Part shown: one piece after another, positions 17,462-26,818 of the stretch
How the letters are laid out: every line of letters begins with the position of its first letter
Position numbering within the stretch: the first letter of the stretch is position 1
Made by a program: the position numbers and the translations under genes
Notes under the pieces: generated by a model
What the model was told of the DNA's origin: nothing
Database searches by the model: none
The model's input: the letters and a program-made list of their open reading frames with translations, nothing else
UHGV virus genome: UHGV-0096888
Strand: one strand, 5' to 3'
Source: a virus
DNA: 39,635 nt

Positions 17462-18474
17462 TGGGCTATTGGCAGACACGACAAGAAGCCATGTACAAAG
17501 CCGGAGAGATGCAGGTAAACCAATATTATGCGAAGCTGGAGAAGGCTTTCAACCAGACACGCCGTGAGCTGCAGAAGACAATAGAATCTTTCTACTTCGA
17601 ATACGCAGAGGAGAATGGACTGTCCTATGCAGCGGCACAGCGCCAGTTATCTAAGGCAGAAATCGGCAATCTGAGAGACTTCATCGATTTGGCCATGGAA
17701 AACATCGGAAAGCATAATCAGACTGTCAATAACATGTCTATTAAAGCGAGAATCACCCGATACCAGGCATTGGAGACCCAGGTTGACGCTATGCTCCGTC
17801 AGTTGTATGCGGTTGACTACCAGGCTGCGGCAGAGCAGACCATGAAGGAGGTCTATAAGGATACCTATTACCGAACATGGTATAGCGTCGATCAGTACCA
17901 TGGCTTTCACGCTGCATTCGCCCAGGTAGATCCACACGCGGTGGAGAAGCTGCTGGAGTACCCTTTCAACGGCGCCAGTTTTTCCAGCCGGCTCTGGAAG
18001 CAGAAGGATCATCTTCAGACCCAACTCATGGAATCGCTCACAACCATGATGGTCCAAGGGCAGAGTCCACAGGCCCTGACCAATGACTTTGCCAAAAAGA
18101 TGAATGCTAAAAAGTTCGATGCTTACCGGCTGCTCCATACAGAGAGTTCGTTCCTGATGAGCGAGGCCACCCATGCGGGGTATAAAGAGGACGGTGTGGA
18201 GAAATATCAGATTCTGGCTACGCTGGACAGTAAGACCTGTGATATCTGTGGGGATAAAGATGGTGAGGTCTACGAAGTGGGGAAAGAGATTACCGGGGAG
18301 AACATGCCACCATTCCATTGTTTTTGCCGATGTACAGATGTGCCATACTATGACGATATGGATTTGACGGACATGACCCGTGTGGCCAGGGACCCTAGAA
18401 CTGGGAAGTATGTGGATGTTCCGGCAGATATGACATATAAAGAGTGGAAAACGCGATTTATAAAGGAGGCATAG
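17461..18474 (+). CDS. Minor head protein (SPP1 gp7/Mu F-like)
   Basis: RLLHTE...ATLDSKTCDIC...PPFHCFCRC motifs. Confidence 0.9.
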   Translation: MGYWQTRQEAMYKAGEMQVNQYYAKLEKAFNQTRRELQKTIESFYFEYAEENGLSYAAAQRQLSKAEIGNLRDFIDLAMENIGKHNQTVNNMSIKARITRYQALETQVDAMLRQLYAVDYQAAAEQTMKEVYKDTYYRTWYSVDQYHGFHAAFAQVDPHAVEKLLEYPFNGASFSSRLWKQKDHLQTQLMESLTTMMVQGQSPQALTNDFAKKMNAKKFDAYRLLHTESSFLMSEATHAGYKEDGVEKYQILATLDSKTCDICGDKDGEVYEVGKEITGENMPPFHCFCRCTDVPYYDDMDLTDMTRVARDPRTGKYVDVPADMTYKEWKTRFIKEA

Positions 18475-18481
18475 AACAAGA

Positions 18482-18907
18482 ATGTATTCCGAAACCAAGA
18501 GACTTGAGATTTTCATGTCCAATGGATATACCTTGCTGGTAGATAATTCCTTTGAAGAAATGATGGCGATTCTGGATAATGAAGTACTAGGGCAAAATGA
18601 GTATATTGTGATAACCTGCAAGAGTGGTTTGCGCCTGGCGTGCAGGAAGAGGGACATCGTAGGCCTGGGGGGAGTATACAGAAGATTGATAAACAACAGC
18701 ATGCAGGATTGGAGGGAGATTATGTTATACAAAATTGGATTGTCAGGGGACAGGGAAATCACGGTTGAGACTGAAAAAAGTCCAGATGATTTAGCCGTGT
18801 GGGCTAATGATGTTTGTGAGGAGCCTGGATTCGCTATATGCAATACGCCAGAGGGGAAAGCCGTTTTTATTAGGGCAAGAGAAATACAGACTATAACAGA
18901 GGTATAA
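18482..18907 (+). CDS. Hypothetical protein; probably two small genes fused at a G6 tract
   Basis: Internal RBS GGAGGGAG plus in-frame ATG at 18722; G6 at 18667-18672. Confidence 0.55.
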   Translation: MYSETKRLEIFMSNGYTLLVDNSFEEMMAILDNEVLGQNEYIVITCKSGLRLACRKRDIVGLGGVYRRLINNSMQDWREIMLYKIGLSGDREITVETEKSPDDLAVWANDVCEEPGFAICNTPEGKAVFIRAREIQTITEV

Positions 18908-18939
18908 GCACGCGGGACTATCCTGGGTGTTATTTTTTT

Positions 18940-19030
18940 TCGCCTTCCTGGTATCCCAGGCGGTAAAGAGGGAGACATCACCGGTCACGACCGGGATAAC
19001 AAGTGGAGATGAATCGAAAGGAGTAAGAAG
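18940..19030 (+). promoter_or_regulatory. Structured 5' leader of the scaffold gene (possibly a GP20-type cis RNA motif)
   Basis: Stems CGCCT/AGGCG and CCGGTC/GACCGG, plus CATC/GATG next to the RBS. Confidence 0.45.
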
Positions 19031-19032
19031 CT

Positions 19033-19626
19033 ATGAAGAAAGAAGAGTTGATAGCAAAGGGATTATCGGAGGAGCACGCACAGATCGCGGTAGACGCATG
19101 GAACGAATCTGTAAAAGGTTTTGTACCGAAGGAACGTTTCGACGAGATCAACGGGAAGCTGAAGGAAGCAAATACAACGATCGAGACGCTGAAAAAAGAC
19201 AACTCGGACAACGAGGAGCTTCAGAAGCAGGTCAAGGAGTACAAGGAGAAGGTGACAGCCTTGGAGGTCGCTTCGGCCAACACGGTAAAAGAATACGCCC
19301 TGAAGGATAAGTTGAAAGAGGCAGGTGTGGTTGATGCCGATTATATTATCTATAAGCAGGGAGGCCTGGACAAGTTCACTTTCGACAAGGACGGGAAGCC
19401 GGTCGGGATTGATGATATCGTGAAGCCCCTGAAGGAGTCCTCTCCCCATCTGTTTAAGACGGAGCCGGGGGCAGACTATAGACCAGCAGGAGGCGGAACT
19501 CCCCCTGCAAAGAATCCATTTGCAAAAGACAGCTTTAACCTTACCGAACAGGGAAAGCTGCTGAGAGAAAATCCGGCTCAGGCACAGGTATTGGCTGCGG
19601 CAGCCGGAGTAACCATCAACGTATAA
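19033..19626 (+). CDS. Capsid scaffolding protein (Phage GP20 family)
   Basis: GFVPKERFDEIN motif, coiled coil, NPFAKDSFNLTEQ C-terminus; precedes capsid gene. Confidence 0.88.
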   Translation: MKKEELIAKGLSEEHAQIAVDAWNESVKGFVPKERFDEINGKLKEANTTIETLKKDNSDNEELQKQVKEYKEKVTALEVASANTVKEYALKDKLKEAGVVDADYIIYKQGGLDKFTFDKDGKPVGIDDIVKPLKESSPHLFKTEPGADYRPAGGGTPPAKNPFAKDSFNLTEQGKLLRENPAQAQVLAAAAGVTINV

Positions 19627-19646
19627 GAAAGGGAATAGGTGATTAA

Positions 19647-20651
19647 ATGCCAGTAACAAAATTATCCGATGTCATTGTACCGGAACTGTTCACACCTTAT
19701 GTCGTGAACCGGACCATGGAGTTATCCGCACTCTTCCAGAGCGGAATTATCACAAATAATGCAGAGTTTGACCGTCTGGCCAGTGAAGCGGCGCCGATCC
19801 ACCAGATGCCGTTTTTCGAGGATCTGAGCGGAGATTCTGAGGACATTATCGAGGATCAGGATCTGACTGCAAAGAAGATCACGTCTAACAAGGATGTATC
19901 TACGACAGTGCGCAGGGCTAATATGTGGGCTGCCACAGATTTATCGGCTGCGCTTGCCGGCAGTGACCCGATGGCCGCCATTGGTGATCTGGTAGCGGGA
20001 TATTGGGCGAGAGAGTACCAGAAGATTCTGATCCAGGTGCTTTCCGGAGTGTTCGGCAGCTATCAGACTACAACAGAACCAGCAGAGACCAAAACACCGC
20101 TTGCAGACCATATCCTGGACATTTCGGCAGCGGGTTCCGCCGCGGCCCAGAAGATCAGTGCCAGCGCTTTTATTGATGCTTTGCAGCTGCTCGGCGATGC
20201 ACAGGGACAGCTGACGGCTGTGGCCATGCACAGCGCCACAAAGGCTTTTCTGAAGAAAAATAACCTGATCGACACAGAACGGGATTCTACGGATGTTGAG
20301 TTTGATACCTACCAGGGGCGCCGGGTAATTGTGGATGATGGCTGTCCGGTTGCAGATGGCGTATATACCACATATCTGTTTGGCCAGGGTGCAATCGCAT
20401 TCGGAAATGGTTCTCCCGTCGGCTTTGTTGCCACTGAAGTAGATCGAGACAAGAAGAAGGGATCCGGTGTAGATTATCTGATTAACCGTAAAACGTTCAT
20501 CATGCATGCACGTGGGATCAAATGGACTGACCTTGCCAGAGAGCATGTAGAGACTCCGACGAAGGCGGAACTGATGAATGCCATCAACTATGAAAGAGTC
20601 TATGAGCCGAAGCAGATCAGGATCGTTGCGTTTAAGCATAAGATCGGATAA
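19647..20651 (+). CDS. Major capsid protein
   Basis: TKLSDVIVPELFTPYV...MPFFEDL...YQGRRVIVDD...RVYEPKQIRIV pattern. Confidence 0.92.
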   Translation: MPVTKLSDVIVPELFTPYVVNRTMELSALFQSGIITNNAEFDRLASEAAPIHQMPFFEDLSGDSEDIIEDQDLTAKKITSNKDVSTTVRRANMWAATDLSAALAGSDPMAAIGDLVAGYWAREYQKILIQVLSGVFGSYQTTTEPAETKTPLADHILDISAAGSAAAQKISASAFIDALQLLGDAQGQLTAVAMHSATKAFLKKNNLIDTERDSTDVEFDTYQGRRVIVDDGCPVADGVYTTYLFGQGAIAFGNGSPVGFVATEVDRDKKKGSGVDYLINRKTFIMHARGIKWTDLAREHVETPTKAELMNAINYERVYEPKQIRIVAFKHKIG

Positions 20652-20664
20652 GGAGGTCTGACAT

Positions 20665-21579
20665 ATGGCAGTTAAGACAGTACAGGCCGTAATTAACGGT
20701 GTTACAACCACACTGACCTATAACAGTACCTCGAAGAAATATGAGGCCACAATTACAGCGCCGGCCACGTCGTCTTATAACAATAACGACGGGCATTATT
20801 TTCCAGTGACGATCAAGGCCACGGATGAGGCCGGGAATGTGACCACAAAAAATGACACAGATGCCACACTCGGAAGCAGCCTGCAGCTCCGCGTAAAGGA
20901 GAAGACGGCCCCAGCTATTACAATCACATATCCGACGGCCAGTGCACTGATCATCAATAATAAGCCAGCGATTCGCTGGAAGGTTACAGATAACGACTCT
21001 GGCGTCAATCCAGATACGATCGGTATTACCATTGACAGCGGCAGCAAGGTTACAGGCAGCGCCATTACAAAGACGGCCATCACTGGTGGATATGATTGTA
21101 CCTATACACCGACTACAGCCTTGGCAGATGGCAGCCACACAATTAAGATCGATGCGGCAGATAATGACGGGAATGCAGCTACTCAGAAGAGTGTCACCTT
21201 TAAGATCGATACAGTACCGCCGACACTGTCTGTCACGGCTCCGGTAAATGGTTTGATTACGAATAAGGCAGCCTGCACTGTAACCGGTACGACCAATGAC
21301 ATCACGTCCAGCCCGGTAACCGTGACGGTTAAGCTTAACAGCGGATCAGCAGAGGCCGTGACGGTAGGGGCCGATGGTTCCTTCAGCAAAGCTCTGACGC
21401 TGGTATCTGGCGGTAACACAATCACAGTTGTGGCGACAGACTCCGCGGGTAAGAGCACGACCGTAACCAGGACAGTGACACTCGATACCGTAGCTCCGAC
21501 GATTAAGGCCGTAACGCTCACACCTAATCCGGTAGATGCCGGTAAGACTTATGTGATCAGCGTGGAGGTTACCGACTAA
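20665..21579 (+). CDS. Ig-like (Big) domain virion protein
   Basis: Thr-rich beta repeats with three AxDxAG(N/K)-type motifs and DT.(A/P)P linkers. Confidence 0.85.
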   Translation: MAVKTVQAVINGVTTTLTYNSTSKKYEATITAPATSSYNNNDGHYFPVTIKATDEAGNVTTKNDTDATLGSSLQLRVKEKTAPAITITYPTASALIINNKPAIRWKVTDNDSGVNPDTIGITIDSGSKVTGSAITKTAITGGYDCTYTPTTALADGSHTIKIDAADNDGNAATQKSVTFKIDTVPPTLSVTAPVNGLITNKAACTVTGTTNDITSSPVTVTVKLNSGSAEAVTVGADGSFSKALTLVSGGNTITVVATDSAGKSTTVTRTVTLDTVAPTIKAVTLTPNPVDAGKTYVISVEVTD

Positions 21580-21591
21580 GGAGGCAATACC

Positions 21592-21915
21592 ATGGCAGTA
21601 GCACGTGTATTTGGCCTGGTGGATGGCATAGAAGTAATACTACAGAAAGTAGATGAGGACCGGTGGAGTGTGCCGGTCCCTTTTGATGCTGACGGAGAAT
21701 ATGTGGTAGAGGTGGTGGCCGAAGATGAAGCAGGAAATCAGACGTATCTTTCAAAGATGCTTTATACCGTAGACGCCGGAAATATCTGTATTCACGCGCT
21801 GCCGCTTCCAAAGTATACCTTTGAGCTCCTTCAGGCGCCATATCAAATGGAGCCGCAGTTTACAGAGTATCTGTTTACACGATTGATTTCAAAATGTCAG
21901 GAGGTGGCATCATGA
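21592..21915 (+). CDS. Small Ig-like domain protein
   Basis: DGEYVVEVVAEDEAGN motif. Confidence 0.7.
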   Translation: MAVARVFGLVDGIEVILQKVDEDRWSVPVPFDADGEYVVEVVAEDEAGNQTYLSKMLYTVDAGNICIHALPLPKYTFELLQAPYQMEPQFTEYLFTRLISKCQEVAS

Positions 21916-22187
21916 TACGTTTTATTCTGGGCGAAGACAGACATGTAAAGTATTTCGTCCATTCTGTCAAGTCAGAATACTTTGTTGTTAAAGATGCCAC
22001 CTATGAACTGATATATAATGGCGAAGTAGAGGCATCAGGCAGCTGTGAATTGACCCAGGAGGAAGATGGAAGCTTTGTAGACGTGAAACTTCAGCCAAAG
22101 TACCGGAGCAATCTTTACATTTTGGAAATCACGTTGATGATTGCGGACGAGATTATTAAGAACCGGGAGCAGATGGAGGTGGTCTGA
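21912..22187 (+). CDS. Hypothetical structural protein (beta-rich)
   Basis: RBS GGAGGTG; ATGA overlap. Confidence 0.7.
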   Translation: MIRFILGEDRHVKYFVHSVKSEYFVVKDATYELIYNGEVEASGSCELTQEEDGSFVDVKLQPKYRSNLYILEITLMIADEIIKNREQMEVV

Positions 22188-22438
22188 TGGCGGTGAGGAT
22201 CGATGCTGTATCTTTGAGCAGAAATCCGGTTGCGGTTAAAGAAAGCCTAATTGTGAGCGTATCCATTGTAACATACGGATATCTGGGAAGGTCAACCAAT
22301 GCTGAACTGACTTCCTATACAAATGGACAGTTAAGGCTGAGAGGAGAATCTGTTCTAACTTATGCACAGCTTAAGAAATACCGCCACTCTGCTCTTCACA
22401 GTATGACTCATCAGAAGATCGAAACTATGGAGGTATAA
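22187..22438 (+). CDS. Hypothetical structural protein with 8-residue T-x-x-(E/Q)-L repeats
   Basis: TYGYLGRS-TNAELTSY-TNGQL...TYAQLKKY-RHSALHSM-THQKI. Confidence 0.65.
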   Translation: MAVRIDAVSLSRNPVAVKESLIVSVSIVTYGYLGRSTNAELTSYTNGQLRLRGESVLTYAQLKKYRHSALHSMTHQKIETMEV

Positions 22439-22439
22439 G

Positions 22440-22814
22440 ATGAATAGGAAAGAGATGCTGCAGACAGTAAAGCAAAATCTACGGCTTGGTACAGAAGACC
22501 ATGATCTGATCATCTCGGATCTGATTCTGACAGTCTGCGATTACTGCAACCTGGATCCGGATTGTGTGCCGGACATTCTGGAACCCTTTGTACGAAAAAA
22601 GGCGAAAGGAATTATTGACTATGAGGCCGTGGAGGGAAACGGATATAACCCAGAGATTGCAAGTATCAAGGAAGGTGATGGGAGCATTACCTGGGCACAG
22701 ACGGAGGGAAACACGAAGGCGAGTATCTATGGCCTGTCTGAGAGTGATAAGGCAGGTCTGAGGAGGCACAGGAGGCTGAGAGGATATGCGAAACCCGTAT
22801 ACAAGAATGTATGA
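22440..22814 (+). CDS. Head-tail connector protein
   Basis: DYCN...SIKEGDGSITW...LRRHRRLR motifs and position. Confidence 0.8.
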   Translation: MNRKEMLQTVKQNLRLGTEDHDLIISDLILTVCDYCNLDPDCVPDILEPFVRKKAKGIIDYEAVEGNGYNPEIASIKEGDGSITWAQTEGNTKASIYGLSESDKAGLRRHRRLRGYAKPVYKNV

Positions 22815-23121
22815 TGCCAAAATGGATGTGTACCGATGGACAGACGTCGAAATAGATGGTATCACGAAGCAAGTGAAAACAGCTGTGGCAACGGATCGGC
22901 CCTGCCGGTACAGTTCTTCGGGTCAGGTATCCACTGGTGCGCCGAATCCGGCCATTGTGAACAGCCATAAGCTGTTCTGTGGCCTGGAGGAAGACATCCG
23001 GGAAGGAGATCAGCTGCTGATCACACTCAGAACCGGAAAGACCATCGAGGCTGATTTGGGAGAGTGCCACCCATATTCCTATCAGAGGCAGTGTGAAATA
23101 AAGAGAGATGATAATGTATGA
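22786..23121 (+). CDS. Head closure/stopper protein
   Basis: PCRYS...KLFC...DIREGD pattern and position. Confidence 0.7.
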   Translation: MRNPYTRMYDAKMDVYRWTDVEIDGITKQVKTAVATDRPCRYSSSGQVSTGAPNPAIVNSHKLFCGLEEDIREGDQLLITLRTGKTIEADLGECHPYSYQRQCEIKRDDNV

Positions 23122-23621
23122 GTAGTAGTAATTATCGAAGGAATAAGGCTGCTATCGACCAGTTTCGGAAGGAGCTTATGGAGATGGTGGAGGATATCCG
23201 GGAGATTGACAAGAAGGTGCTTAACAAGGCTGTGAATGCCGGTGTTGCCTACGCGAAGCGGTGCACACCTGTAGGAAAACACCCAAACCCTGTATCCTTC
23301 ACCGTTAAAAACGGCCCCGATGCTGGAAATGTCGTAAGCTTTAAAGTGTCAAATCCGGGAGTTGGCGGATTCTTGCGAAAAAGCTGGCATAAGCTTCCGA
23401 CAAAGAAGACAAAAGCAGGCGTAGAGACGGAGCTGGTGAACACAGCAGAGTATGCTCTTTATTGGAATAATGGCCATCGGATTGTAACAAAAAAAGGAGG
23501 TCCAACTAAAGGATTTGTGAAAGGCACATTTGTGCTAGAAAAAACGAAGGGATATGTTCAAAAGCAACTGGTAACAGAATTTGAAAAGGAAGTAAAGGCG
23601 GTGCAAAGCAGGCATGATTGA
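23118..23621 (+). CDS. HK97 gp10-like tail completion protein
   Basis: TPVG...LRKSW...NTAEYALYWNNGHR...FVKGTFVLE motifs. Confidence 0.85.
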   Translation: MSSSNYRRNKAAIDQFRKELMEMVEDIREIDKKVLNKAVNAGVAYAKRCTPVGKHPNPVSFTVKNGPDAGNVVSFKVSNPGVGGFLRKSWHKLPTKKTKAGVETELVNTAEYALYWNNGHRIVTKKGGPTKGFVKGTFVLEKTKGYVQKQLVTEFEKEVKAVQSRHD

Positions 23622-24021
23622 TAGATTGTATAAAAGCATTGCGGCCGGTTTAAAAGAGATCAGGCCATGCAAAGTATATGTCGAGGACGTGCCGCAGAAC
23701 TTCGCCCAGCCCTCTTTTTTGATTACCTTCTATGAGCAGAATCCAACTCGTGGAATCAACGGAAGGCTGAAGAATACGGTCAGGGTGGCCGTATCATACT
23801 TTCCGGAATCCGGAAACGAGCTATCCGAGGAGTGTTGGCGAGTCGGCGAGGATTTAAGCCGGGAATTTACAGTGACCGATTTTAAAATACAGAATAGGAA
23901 CTTTAAAATTGTGGATAACGTTCTGCATTTTCTCTTTGATGTATATTACCGGGAATTTTTATCGGATGGTACACCAGCTATGCAGATCATGACACAGAAT
24001 ACAGACATAAAGGAGGAGTAA
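23614..24021 (+). CDS. Tail terminator protein
   Basis: VYVEDVPQNFAQPSF...VDNVLHF motif; precedes sheath. Confidence 0.75.
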   Translation: MIDRLYKSIAAGLKEIRPCKVYVEDVPQNFAQPSFLITFYEQNPTRGINGRLKNTVRVAVSYFPESGNELSEECWRVGEDLSREFTVTDFKIQNRNFKIVDNVLHFLFDVYYREFLSDGTPAMQIMTQNTDIKEE

Positions 24022-24024
24022 GCC

Positions 24025-25068
24025 ATGGCAGGAACATGGGAATCCCAGAACAAGGTATTGCCCGGAGCCTATATTAATATCCGGACGAATGAGCCGCTGT
24101 CTATTACGCCAGGGGACCGCGGGATCGTTGTCATCCTGCAGGAAATGAGTGCGGGCACTGATGGTGCTGTGTATACGATCACGGCAACAGAAGCAGCATG
24201 GCCAGATGGAGTCGCAGCGATAGATAAGAAGTTGGCTGCGGAAGCGCTGAAAAAAGCTAAAACGGTATTGGTATATAAACTCAAAGCAAGTCACAAAGCA
24301 GCTGACGTCACTTCGGCTCTTACAACCCTTAAAACAGTTCAGTTCAATACCCTCTGCTATCCCTATGACGGAGAGGGCGAGGAGGTCAACAAAACAGCGA
24401 TTACGACATGGATCAAGGCCATGAGGGACGATGAGGGTGTGAAGTGTCAGGCGGTGCTCGCGAATCATGTGGCAGACAGCGAGGGGATCATCAATGTTGT
24501 TCAGGGCATCATCATGCAAGGGAATCAGGAACTGACGGCTGCAGAGGTAACTGCATGGGTGGCAGGAGCTACAGCCGGTGCCAGTATCACTACGTCAAAC
24601 ACTGGTATGGTTTATGCGGGGGCCATCGACGTTAAACCCCGAATGACAAAATCAGAGATGGAGGCGGCTGTCACTGCGGGTAAGTTCATTTTTAAGGTAG
24701 ACACTGCCCAGAATGTATCTGTAGTGTATGACATCAACTCCTTAACTGCGGTTACGGTGGACAAAGGAAAGATGTTCACGAAGAACAGAGTGATTCGGAC
24801 TGTTGACAATATCGCCAACGATATCACGAAGATCTTTGAAGCGAATTATGTCGGGAAAGTCAATAATAATGATGAAGGCAGATCTCTTCTGAAGGCGTCT
24901 CTGGTGGACTACTTTACTACACTTCAGACAATGGGGGCGGTTCAGAATTTTGTGACTGACGACATTACGGTCGCGAAGGGAAAGGATTCGGATGCTGTGG
25001 TGATCGAAGCAGCGGTACAACCGGTTGACAGCGTAGAGAAGATATATATCACAGTTAATCTGTCGTAA
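24025..25068 (+). CDS. Tail sheath protein (XkdK-like)
   Basis: GTWESQNKVLPGAYIN...KNRVIR...YVGKVNN...VQPVDSVEKIYITV. Confidence 0.92.
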   Translation: MAGTWESQNKVLPGAYINIRTNEPLSITPGDRGIVVILQEMSAGTDGAVYTITATEAAWPDGVAAIDKKLAAEALKKAKTVLVYKLKASHKAADVTSALTTLKTVQFNTLCYPYDGEGEEVNKTAITTWIKAMRDDEGVKCQAVLANHVADSEGIINVVQGIIMQGNQELTAAEVTAWVAGATAGASITTSNTGMVYAGAIDVKPRMTKSEMEAAVTAGKFIFKVDTAQNVSVVYDINSLTAVTVDKGKMFTKNRVIRTVDNIANDITKIFEANYVGKVNNNDEGRSLLKASLVDYFTTLQTMGAVQNFVTDDITVAKGKDSDAVVIEAAVQPVDSVEKIYITVNLS

Positions 25069-25080
25069 GGAGGATATGAC

Positions 25081-25554
25081 ATGGGAAATTATACGAAGCT
25101 TACTGACCTGGTAACAGGAAGCGAAGGCAGTGCCTTTATCACAATCGATGGCCAGAACCGTTATTTCTTCGAGATCTCGAAGGTAGATGCAAGTATTGAG
25201 TTTAAGGTGATTGCAAAGCGGCTCCTGGGGCATCGTATGACACAGCATAAGGTTGTAGGTGCAGAGGGAAAAGGAACGCTGACTATGTACAACGTAAGCC
25301 CCGCCGCGCTTGCTGTCTATCAGCAGTATATCAAAGAGGGCAAGGTTCCGCAGATCAGTATCCAGACGACGAATGAGGATCCTGCATCTACTGTGGGACG
25401 CCGGGTGGTTGTTATGAGGAACTGTATTCTGGCAAAGGCACCGGTGGCATATCTTGACGATTCCAGCGAAGATCTGAACACCGTGGATACGGATTTTACA
25501 TTTGATGATGTGGATGAGTTAGAAAGCTATGCGTTCCCGGAAAATATGAGATAA
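25081..25554 (+). CDS. Tail tube protein (XkdM-like)
   Basis: GSEGSAFITIDG...GKGTLT...DPASTVGR...FTFDD. Confidence 0.9.
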   Translation: MGNYTKLTDLVTGSEGSAFITIDGQNRYFFEISKVDASIEFKVIAKRLLGHRMTQHKVVGAEGKGTLTMYNVSPAALAVYQQYIKEGKVPQISIQTTNEDPASTVGRRVVVMRNCILAKAPVAYLDDSSEDLNTVDTDFTFDDVDELESYAFPENMR

Positions 25555-25557
25555 GTA

Positions 25558-25586
25558 TTGTGTTATCCTTCCTTTGATAATATAAT
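25558..25586 (+). promoter_or_regulatory. Moron promoter
   Basis: TTGTGT-17bp-TATAAT. Confidence 0.65.
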
Positions 25587-25615
25587 AAATTTAATTATTG
25601 AAAGGTGGGAGATTC

Positions 25616-26350
25616 ATGGGACTATTCGGGGCTAAAGAAAAATGTAGCATATGCGGAGTTAATGATGGAAGTATAAAACTACAGGACGGTTGTATATGCA
25701 AGACTTGTCAAGGCAAATGCGGTGAGTTTTTAATAACGCTAGGCTGGAAAAACATTCCTGTCCAAAGAGTAAAAAAAGCTATAGTGGCAAAGGTGGATAA
25801 TGATAATCTCGCGAGAATATTTAATCCAGATAAAAAGCTCGAAAAGTATATTGAGATAGATACAGTTAACCGTCTTTGGAAGATTCCGGCTTACAGGGTT
25901 ATCTTCCGTTTTGAAGATTTGATTGAATATACCTTAATAGAAAATGGTGCAAATATAACCTCTGGAGGTTTGGGGAGGGCGGTTGCAGGCGGTGTGCTTT
26001 TTGGAGGAATAGGGGCAGTTGTTGGCGGAATCACAGGACCTAAAAAAGAAAGAAAAGAAATTAAAGAGCTTCGCATTAAGATCATTACGAGAAATTCAGT
26101 GTATCAAGAAGTGTATATAAACTTCCTTACTACTGGCTCTATTAAGTCGGATTCCATGATGTATAATATTTACAACGGACACATACAAAGCGTTCTTACC
26201 GAGTTTGCGTTAATGGGAGACAGTAACGTACAAGCTCAAGACCAAACCTCTGGAGCTGACGAAATATTGAAATACAAGAATTTGCTCGATGCTGGAATTA
26301 TAACATCGGAAGAGTTTGAAGCGAAAAAGAAACAAATACTTAATCTTTAA
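25616..26350 (+). CDS. Moron: DUF4428-like Cys4 zinc finger, Gly-rich hydrophobic segment and C-terminal SHOCT domain
   Basis: CSICG...CKTC; GRAVAGGVLFGGIGAVVGG; ADEILKYKNLLDAGIITSEEFEAKKKQIL; AT-rich. Confidence 0.85.
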   Translation: MGLFGAKEKCSICGVNDGSIKLQDGCICKTCQGKCGEFLITLGWKNIPVQRVKKAIVAKVDNDNLARIFNPDKKLEKYIEIDTVNRLWKIPAYRVIFRFEDLIEYTLIENGANITSGGLGRAVAGGVLFGGIGAVVGGITGPKKERKEIKELRIKIITRNSVYQEVYINFLTTGSIKSDSMMYNIYNGHIQSVLTEFALMGDSNVQAQDQTSGADEILKYKNLLDAGIITSEEFEAKKKQILNL

Positions 26351-26355
26351 AAATA

Positions 26356-26386
26356 GGCACCTTGAGAAATCAGGGTGCTCTTTTAT
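26356..26386 (+). terminator. Terminator after moron
   Basis: GCACCTTGA-GAAA-TCAGGGTGC followed by T-rich tail. Confidence 0.75.
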
Positions 26387-26416
26387 TGCCCTAAATATAG
26401 AAAGTGAGGAAATAGT

Positions 26417-26818
26417 ATGAGTAGTTTAAATGCATTTTTACACCCAGAACAGACAGAAAATCGAGAAGTATTTGTGTCTGATAGATTTAAGGAAAACGGC
26501 AAGCCGGTCCCGTTCGTTATCCGCCCCATTACTCAGCAGGAGAATGAGGGACTGATTAAGAAGTATACGAAAAGAGATAAAAAAGGAAACGAAACTTTTG
26601 ATCGGGTAGCTTATAACCAGGAACTTACAGCAGCAGCAGTAGCGGAACCAGACCTTGAAAATACGGAATTGCAGAGCGCATATGGCGTATTGGGAGCATC
26701 AAAACTGTTGGCAAAAATGCTTTATGTCGGTGAATACGGTGCGCTTTTAGAAGCGGTGTACGATATTTCTGGATTGGATAAGGATATCAACGAAGATATT
26801 GACGAGGCAAAAAACTGA
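26417..26818 (+). CDS. Tail assembly chaperone (XkdN-like)
   Basis: VSDRFKENGKPVPFVIRPIT...PDLENTELQSAYGV...EAKN. Confidence 0.88.
   Translation: MSSLNAFLHPEQTENREVFVSDRFKENGKPVPFVIRPITQQENEGLIKKYTKRDKKGNETFDRVAYNQELTAAAVAEPDLENTELQSAYGVLGASKLLAKMLYVGEYGALLEAVYDISGLDKDINEDIDEAKN

Noticed and set aside
17647..18981. 444-aa minus-strand ORF
   Set aside because: Antisense shadow of the minor head gene and its neighbours; no recognisable motifs or RBS
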